Virus record (IMG/VR): IMGVR_UViG_3300037524_000258
Coordinates: 1 to 37,712 of that record
Strand: one strand, 5' to 3'
DNA: 37,712 bases
From: a virus
Taxonomy: Duplodnaviria > Caudoviricetes
A program made the position numbers and the translations under genes. Positions 32,225-37,712 of the stretch are shown here, in pieces. The notes under the pieces are model-generated. The model saw nothing but the letters and a program-made list of their open reading frames with translations, was not told the DNA's origin and ran no database searches. Positions within the stretch are counted from its first letter, which is position 1. The number at the start of each line of letters is the position of its first letter.

Positions 32225-33300
32225 CGTCCTGCCACCTGAGACCATGCGGCCTCGATTGTGTCGCGCAAGCTACCGTTAGGATTCACACCAGCGGGGGAGC
32301 CACCAGGAGCGCCAGAAACTGAGGCCGCTGCTCCGAGTGCCTTCTGAGCCTTTGCGTTCGCCGCTTGGGCTTGAGACATCTGAGCCGCCGCCTGTTGCTG
32401 GGCCACCATTTGGGCGTTCCATTCAGGGTTCATCGCTACGGCGCGAGTATAGGCCTGTTCGGGGGAAAAGTAAAGCCCCCGCTTCGCGCCCAACTCGATA
32501 ATGTCTGCCATGTCCTCTCGCACCTGGTCAAAGTACGGGAACTTGACAGAGTCGGCGGCCATCTGCTCGATGGTGGCGCCGGCTTCCTGCTGAACCTGGG
32601 CTTCGCGTTGCTGAGCGTACTCGCGTTGCTGATTCATGAATTGCTGGTACGGAGCCAGCCTTTCAGCCAGCATCTGCTCGACGCGAGAGGCCACCGGATC
32701 GGGCGCAGCTTCTCCTGCAAGGGCAGCGTCCAGCTCCCTGATGTCCACCCCGTACTCCTTGACCAACTTGGCCATGTACTGAGCCTTCTGGGTGGCCGGG
32801 GACGACGACAGAATGTAGTCGGCCTTGAAGAGCTCACTGACGGCCTGAAGGGGCGAGATACCGGTGGCACGCAAGCGGGCCTCAAAGGGGCGGACCACCT
32901 CAGAGAACTGCTTGTGGAACTCCCTGACCTGGTTGTTCTCGCCAAAGGACTTGGTGACGTCCCGCTCGCGGCGCAGGATCTCCTGCCGCACTTCGGGGTC
33001 CAAGGTCTTCCACTTCTCCGCCATCGTGGGCTTCCACGACTTGGGGGCAGGCTCCAAGGCAGGGGCCTGAGCCGCCTGTTCTATCGGAATCTTGGAGGCA
33101 TCCGCGCCCTTGCCGGGCTCAGCTGCATTGGAAGCCTGCGGCGTTGTAGGCGCAGCTTCTTGCGACTCAGCAGCCTTAGCTGGAGCCTGATTGGTTGGGG
33201 CAGGGGCGGGACTCGATACTGCGGGTGTGGGTTCCGGTTTCTCGACGGTCTCAATTGCGGCCTCCAGGGATTCCCTCAAAGTGGCTTCGGCGGTAGACAT
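32221..33300 (-). CDS. Capsid scaffolding protein (359 aa)
   Basis: AAAGGA RBS; disordered N-terminus, PKSWK....W..L..EV..EI.RRE, helical body, LR..LEAA / LRDTIEAAW at both ends; synteny. Confidence 0.8.
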   Translation of the reverse strand: MSTAEATLRESLEAAIETVEKPEPTPAVSSPAPAPTNQAPAKAAESQEAAPTTPQASNAAEPGKGADASKIPIEQAAQAPALEPAPKSWKPTMAEKWKTLDPEVRQEILRRERDVTKSFGENNQVREFHKQFSEVVRPFEARLRATGISPLQAVSELFKADYILSSSPATQKAQYMAKLVKEYGVDIRELDAALAGEAAPDPVASRVEQMLAERLAPYQQFMNQQREYAQQREAQVQQEAGATIEQMAADSVKFPYFDQVREDMADIIELGAKRGLYFSPEQAYTRAVAMNPEWNAQMVAQQQAAAQMSQAQAANAKAQKALGAAASVSGAPGGSPAGVNPNGSLRDTIEAAWSQVAGR

Positions 33301-33327
33301 GACAATCCTTTCGGTGGTGGTGGAAAA

Positions 33328-33633
33328 CTACATGTAACCCTTGTCACGCATCACTCGGATGATGTCTTGGGTTCGCTCTTGCTTGGAGAGTCGTACTTCA
33401 GGAGCCCGATGCGGTAGACCAGCCAGATCGCGCGTCGGCACAACGTTGTGGCGAGCGCAATGGTCGCGTATGCCAGCCCGACCACGAACAATACTGCCAT
33501 CAATGGGACTAACGAAATCAGCATAGTCGCCCTGAATAGCAGGACCACGAGGGTGCCCATCGCTTCTATCGGCAGGTTCCGTTCCCTTTTCATAGAGCAC
33601 TCCGTTGACTTGGACGTAGGATCGGCGGGTCAT
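33328..33633 (-). CDS. Conserved hypothetical protein between portal and scaffold (101 aa)
   Basis: GAGGA RBS, ATGA overlap; FVSPIDG..V.GR...RDHC.RH motif. Confidence 0.78.
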   Translation of the reverse strand: MTRRSYVQVNGVLYEKGTEPADRSDGHPRGPAIQGDYADFVSPIDGSIVRGRAGIRDHCARHNVVPTRDLAGLPHRAPEVRLSKQERTQDIIRVMRDKGYM

Positions 33634-35768
33634 TGCTTCCTCGTGGTGGGTTGGGGTTCTCCGGGGCCAGCGCGACCAGTCATGAGTTGCATGATGGACC
33701 GCTCTTGCATCTGCTGCATCTGCTGCTGATGCTTTGCTTGGGCCACCATCAGGTCGAGCTGGGACTTCTTGGCTTGGACGCCGAGCTTCATCTTATCGGA
33801 CTGGGCGCTGATATGGGCCTTCTGGGCCGCAGCCTGCGTCTCCATTTCGATCTTCTTGATCTCTGCCTCCTGCTTCTGGGCCTCAGGGTCGGGCTTCTCC
33901 TGCTGGTCGCCCTGCTCGGCTTGCTTCAACAGGTTGGTGAGCTCCCGGTCCAGCATACCCTCGATGTCGCGAGCGCCACGGAACCCGGCGACGGCCCACT
34001 TGAGCATGCCGATCAGGAGGGGGGCAGCAGACGGTACTTGCATGAACATCGCCCCGGCGCTCTGGAGGTAGCCGCTGACGGAGGTCAAAAGCTCGATGCG
34101 CTCTTGCTTCTGGAGCGCGTAGTCGGCCTGGGCCAGTTGGTCCGCAGTGACGAGGATTCGCCACTCAAAGCCTTCCTCAGACTGGAGCAACTGAATTGCG
34201 GGCTGGGCCAAGTGGGCGTCATCCGTACGCATGATGTTGCTCTTGCGGATGAGGATCTCAGGGTCATAGTGCTTGACCATGATCTCAGCCTTGATGCGGA
34301 GCACCTGGGCGGCGAACAGGGCAACCTCATCTTGCACGTCACGGATGCGGATGGAGGCGAACTTGGCCTTGATCTCCTGGGCACCCAAGGTTTCGCTGGC
34401 CTTCGTGTCGCCACGAACGATGTCCGCGATGCCGGTCAGTTCGTAAATCTGCCCCTTGATCACTTCGCGGGACTCGTTGAGCTGCTGGAGGGCCCGCACA
34501 ACCTGCTCCAACGGGAGCCAGTCCACTTGCCCCTTGACGCCACCCTTCTCAGCGAACATCGCCCAGTTGTCGACCGGGATGAGGGTGTTATCGAAACCCT
34601 CCAGGAGCATTCGTTGGACGCCTTCAGAGGCGCGGTCGTACACACCGACCACTTTGCAGGCCTGGACCAGCATGGAAATGCGGTTATTGACGGTGTCCAA
34701 CTCACCGTACTGGTCTTGGACCAGCTGGTAGTCGGGCCGGGGCACCGTATTGGAGGTGGTGATGTTGGCCAGCAACGGTTTCGGGTGCGGGTAGAACCCG
34801 ATCAGGTTGAGGAAGTCATCCTTCTCATCCAACACCTGCGGGTAGTCCTTGCAGAGCCAGATGACCTTGCGATGGATGCGGTCCCAGATTTCGTACACCA
34901 CGGCTTGCTCGATGGCCTGATTCATCGGCGTGATGCCGGTGGGGTACGTGGCCATGATCGAGCCGGAAGGGCGGTGGTTGAGGGGTACAGCGTTGCCGAT
35001 TTCCTCACCGAACCTGGAAACCAGCTGCTGCCGGTCCATGTAGACCCTGCGGGCCGTCCAGCGGTTTTCCTCCCACACGCGGCAGGGGGACCACAGGAAG
35101 TCTTCCCAGTACACGTAATCCACGGCCACGCGCTGATCCGTGATCCGCTTGTACGCGATGATCTGGGGCTGGCCCGGTTGCTGTTGTTGGCTGTCGGGTG
35201 CGGGGCCGGTGGCAAAGCCCGAGTTGAGCGGGCTATTGTGGTGGTCTTGCGGAGGGGGGAGCCCCTCACCCACGGAGGGCTTGTCCTCCAGGATCAGCTC
35301 CGCATCCTCCGTGTCCGTCTCCAGTCGGCACCAAGCCATGCCCAGGCCGGGCACCAGCCGGTCCAAGGTCACGTGCTTCATGGTAGAGTCGAACGTGTCG
35401 CGTGGGTCGTCGCAATCCGGCGTGATGGCGCGCTGGAGGATGGTGGCCGCCACACGAGCGAGCTGGTCGTTGTAGTCCAGGAACTTGCGCTTCACTTCCG
35501 GCTGGGGCGCTTGCGAGTAAAGCGCCGCGCGCAGGATCTTCGTGTTGGCGTAGTACAGATTGAACCACTTCATCTGTGCGTCAACGGCATCGCGCTCGTC
35601 CACGTACCTACGGACCACCTTACGCCCGCGCTCATGGAACTTCTTGAGCTCCTGCTCCGCATACGCAATCTCCGTCGTCCAGAGTTGCATGGGGGTGAGC
35701 TTGGTCGGGTCCGCAATGGTGGGGTTACCATTGATCGGGGCGACAGGAAAGAAGGGGGAAGACATCAC
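33630..35768 (-). CDS. Portal protein (712 aa)
   Basis: Follows TerL; size and motifs FN....N.....ALY...P.P.V.R, WEDF..SP.R.W, V.EIWD, YELTGIADIVRG, ET.GAQ; Q-rich C-terminal tail. Confidence 0.9.
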   Translation of the reverse strand: MMSSPFFPVAPINGNPTIADPTKLTPMQLWTTEIAYAEQELKKFHERGRKVVRRYVDERDAVDAQMKWFNLYYANTKILRAALYSQAPQPEVKRKFLDYNDQLARVAATILQRAITPDCDDPRDTFDSTMKHVTLDRLVPGLGMAWCRLETDTEDAELILEDKPSVGEGLPPPQDHHNSPLNSGFATGPAPDSQQQQPGQPQIIAYKRITDQRVAVDYVYWEDFLWSPCRVWEENRWTARRVYMDRQQLVSRFGEEIGNAVPLNHRPSGSIMATYPTGITPMNQAIEQAVVYEIWDRIHRKVIWLCKDYPQVLDEKDDFLNLIGFYPHPKPLLANITTSNTVPRPDYQLVQDQYGELDTVNNRISMLVQACKVVGVYDRASEGVQRMLLEGFDNTLIPVDNWAMFAEKGGVKGQVDWLPLEQVVRALQQLNESREVIKGQIYELTGIADIVRGDTKASETLGAQEIKAKFASIRIRDVQDEVALFAAQVLRIKAEIMVKHYDPEILIRKSNIMRTDDAHLAQPAIQLLQSEEGFEWRILVTADQLAQADYALQKQERIELLTSVSGYLQSAGAMFMQVPSAAPLLIGMLKWAVAGFRGARDIEGMLDRELTNLLKQAEQGDQQEKPDPEAQKQEAEIKKIEMETQAAAQKAHISAQSDKMKLGVQAKKSQLDLMVAQAKHQQQMQQMQERSIMQLMTGRAGPGEPQPTTRKQ

Positions 35769-37123
35769 AGTATCCTTTGACGGTGACCGGAGCGGTTGAG
35801 AGACGCGTGGTGGGCGAACAGGGTTTCCAGGTCATACTTGTAGTGATGACCGAGCTTGTCGTCGGCTGGGCCCCGACCTTGCGCATCGTTCTTCGTGTAC
35901 TTGTGGAACTTCGGGGCAGCAACAACACACAAGTAACCGAAGGCGTCAGCGTAGTCTGAGCACCAGTCGTGGAGGGGGTGGTCCTTGAACATGAGTAGGT
36001 TTTCATCCCACTCGCGGCGGTAGCCCTTCAGGGCCTCGATCAGGTCATCCGAGCAGTCCGCATCAAAGTGAATGCGGGGGAACATCTTCCGCGTGGCGGC
36101 AATCCGGTCCCTGATCTTGTGGGCGGGGACAATCGTCGGTCGAATGCCTTGTTGCAGAAACTGCTCGACAATGCTTCGGCCAGTTTGTAGGTTCCGAGCC
36201 TTGGCGTCATGTGGGAGGTACACTTCACCCAGCTCACCGGGGAACTGCGTCAAGCGGTCGATGTGGTGAAAGATGTCCTTGCCCTGGGTGGCCTCCACGT
36301 TGACCACCCGCAGCGTCCCGTCCCGGTGTTCTTGCCACCAGATCGCAACCGTCGAATCTGTGAATCCCAGGTCGTAGACCACGTGCGTGGCTAGGTTAGG
36401 GTCATAGAGTTGGTGGGTGGCGGAGCGTTGCTCAGCAAAGACCTGATTGATCTCGTCGGAATAGATGGCCCCCTTCAGAGCAGCGTCAAACGAGCACTCG
36501 TACTCCTGAGCGTACTCATCCGGGTCCATGTCCTTTCTGAGCTCATCGAGTTCAGAAGTGGGGATTATTTGGGACTCTGAGGCCTTGAGGGTGAGGGAGA
36601 ACCAATCCTTGTCCGTTTCACTCTGGCGGTGGGTCTTGTGGAACAGGTTCTTGCCTCGTGGGGTGGAGGCAAACACCCACCAGCCGTTGCGGTCCGACAG
36701 GGCGGGGCGGATAATGGTGGGGTACGTCGATGGGCGGAACAGGGCATACTCGTCACCCACTCCCCCGTCCAAGTACATGCCCCGCAAGGAGTCTGGGTTG
36801 TCCGCCCCTAGACAGTAGATGGTCCTGTCCCCATGAAGGGTGAGCTTCAGTTCACTTTCAGACGGGGGCTTGCTCAGGTACGGCTCAGCGTAGTCCTTCA
36901 GGTACGCCCACGCGATGCGTTTGGCTTGAGTGTACGTCGGACCAACATAAGCCAACTGCGGCTTGCGGAGGGGGCACTGCAGGGCACCAACAATCACGTC
37001 ATTGACTAAGGCCACCGTCTTGCCGGCCCGCCGATGTGTGTTTAGGGACGCCCACCGTTGGCGTCGGTTGTGGAAGGGGAGAAATTGGGGGCGGGGGACA
37101 TACTCCAGGGTCTTAGTCGCCAT
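35765..37123 (-). CDS. terL: Terminase large subunit (452 aa)
   Basis: Start at ATG 37123; Walker A HRRAGKT, GPTYTQAK, GADNPDSLRG, Walker B VGDEYA, STPRG, QEYECSF; nuclease YDLG..DST and HDWCSDYADAFGY. Confidence 0.96.
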   Translation of the reverse strand: MATKTLEYVPRPQFLPFHNRRQRWASLNTHRRAGKTVALVNDVIVGALQCPLRKPQLAYVGPTYTQAKRIAWAYLKDYAEPYLSKPPSESELKLTLHGDRTIYCLGADNPDSLRGMYLDGGVGDEYALFRPSTYPTIIRPALSDRNGWWVFASTPRGKNLFHKTHRQSETDKDWFSLTLKASESQIIPTSELDELRKDMDPDEYAQEYECSFDAALKGAIYSDEINQVFAEQRSATHQLYDPNLATHVVYDLGFTDSTVAIWWQEHRDGTLRVVNVEATQGKDIFHHIDRLTQFPGELGEVYLPHDAKARNLQTGRSIVEQFLQQGIRPTIVPAHKIRDRIAATRKMFPRIHFDADCSDDLIEALKGYRREWDENLLMFKDHPLHDWCSDYADAFGYLCVVAAPKFHKYTKNDAQGRGPADDKLGHHYKYDLETLFAHHASLNRSGHRQRIL

Positions 37124-37517
37124 TCTCGATGACCTCCCCAGAGTTGGTTTGGTACGAGAGACGCTCAGGGGTGGCCCATGAGATGGAGACGTTGATGTCC
37201 TTCTTCTCATGGATCTCTGCCGTGGCGGGCACGAGCTTGCTGTAGAGGGTGTAGAACTTGGTCGGGTTTTGGTCAGCCCACAGGGCAAGGCGGGGGACAC
37301 CACCAATCATGTCGAAGGCCTGCTGAAACGCTTTCGCTGCCTTGCTATCCTTCAGCACGGGCGGGAGGGAGGCACCAATCAGTCCCCTTTCAAGTAACCG
37401 CGTCAGTTCGGGGGACATCTGCAAGTCAAGTTGAGTCATGACCCCTGTGGGGTCCGCATCAATTTGATCTAGCAAGCCCTGGAGGGCAGGGTCACGTTCT
37501 GGGGGGTGCAATTTCAT
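37113..37517 (-). CDS. terS: Terminase small subunit (134 aa)
   Basis: Directly upstream of and overlapping terL; AF..IGG...L..WA..NP..FY.LY.KL.P pattern. Confidence 0.7.
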   Translation of the reverse strand: MKLHPPERDPALQGLLDQIDADPTGVMTQLDLQMSPELTRLLERGLIGASLPPVLKDSKAAKAFQQAFDMIGGVPRLALWADQNPTKFYTLYSKLVPATAEIHEKKDINVSISWATPERLSYQTNSGEVIENGD

Positions 37518-37525
37518 GCCACAAG

Positions 37526-37554
37526 AGTATAGCGGACCTCGGGGCTGAAGTAAA
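37526..37554 (-). promoter_or_regulatory. Promoter TTTACT-N17-TATACT for the packaging/structural arm
   Basis: On the minus strand, -35 at 37554-37549 and -10 at 37531-37526; shares TTTACTTCAG with the promoter at 3918. Confidence 0.65.
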
Positions 37555-37581
37555 GGGGTGCAAATTGTGTAGTTGGGGCTG

Positions 37582-37694
37582 GAAAACGGGGTGGTCTCGT
37601 GGAAAACTGTAGGGCTATGTCACACATAAAAAGTTGGTCTCGTAGAAAACGGGGTGGACTTGCCACACATAAAAAGTTGGTCTCGTAGAAAACG
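37582..37694. repeat. Phased direct repeats (43-bp period) upstream of terS
   Basis: 31-bp perfect repeat CACACATAAAAAGTTGGTCTCGTAGAAAACG at 37621-37651 and 37664-37694; core TGGTCTCGTRGAAAAC at 37592, 37635 and 37678. Confidence 0.92.
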
Positions 37695-37712
37695 CGCTCA
37701 GGGAGTCTCCCT

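Noticed and set aside
33633-35780. 715-aa plus-strand ORF and other long antisense ORFs (for example 16300..17277, 21183..22358, 23058..24245, 26511..27674, 28421..29572, 31016..32239, 32365..33417)
   Set aside because: They mirror well-supported genes on the opposite strand, which is expected from high-GC codon bias; no recognisable motifs or RBS.
37582-37694. Mini-CRISPR array (31-bp repeats, with a Cas4-like gene elsewhere in the genome)
   Set aside because: Only two full repeats separated by 12 bp, far too short for a spacer; no cas1/cas2 or effector genes.
1-37712. Prophage or temperate lifestyle
   Set aside because: No integrase, att-like flanks, CI/Cro switch, ParA or host genes were recognised.

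Overview
This window looks like a complete or near-complete, GC-rich tailed-phage genome of about 37.7 kb. It has a podovirus-type virion module and no integrase or repressor cassette that I can recognise, so it is probably virulent. The left arm (1-3722, minus strand) holds two small genes, a repeat-rich origin-like region and a TOPRIM primase-helicase. The plus-strand arm (3991-19057) holds small early genes, an SSB-like protein, a family A DNA polymerase, a Cas4-like nuclease, a VRR-NUC nuclease and an SNF2 helicase. It also holds a thymidine-hypermodification system: dUMP hydroxymethylase, 5-hmU DNA kinase (aGPT-Pplase1), amino acid:DNA transferase (aGPT-Pplase2), P-loop kinase, HD phosphohydrolase and a DUF3310 protein. 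The minus-strand arm (37517-19155) holds TerS, TerL, portal, scaffold, capsid, tail and ejection proteins, a tail fibre and small lipoproteins. The top finding is in the hypermodification cluster. It lacks the tailoring enzymes I know from characterised systems (PLP decarboxylase, radical SAM, flavin lyase, acetyltransferase). Instead it has an atypical class I SAM-binding enzyme translationally coupled to the 5-hmU DNA kinase, plus a degenerate DenV-like protein, which suggests an undescribed modified base. Other observations are the lack of a recognisable endolysin or holin, a pair of hidden paralogs, promoter-proximal hairpins sharing a GCGGU loop, and phased 43-bp repeats upstream of terS. 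All family calls come from motif recognition by eye; no database searches were run.
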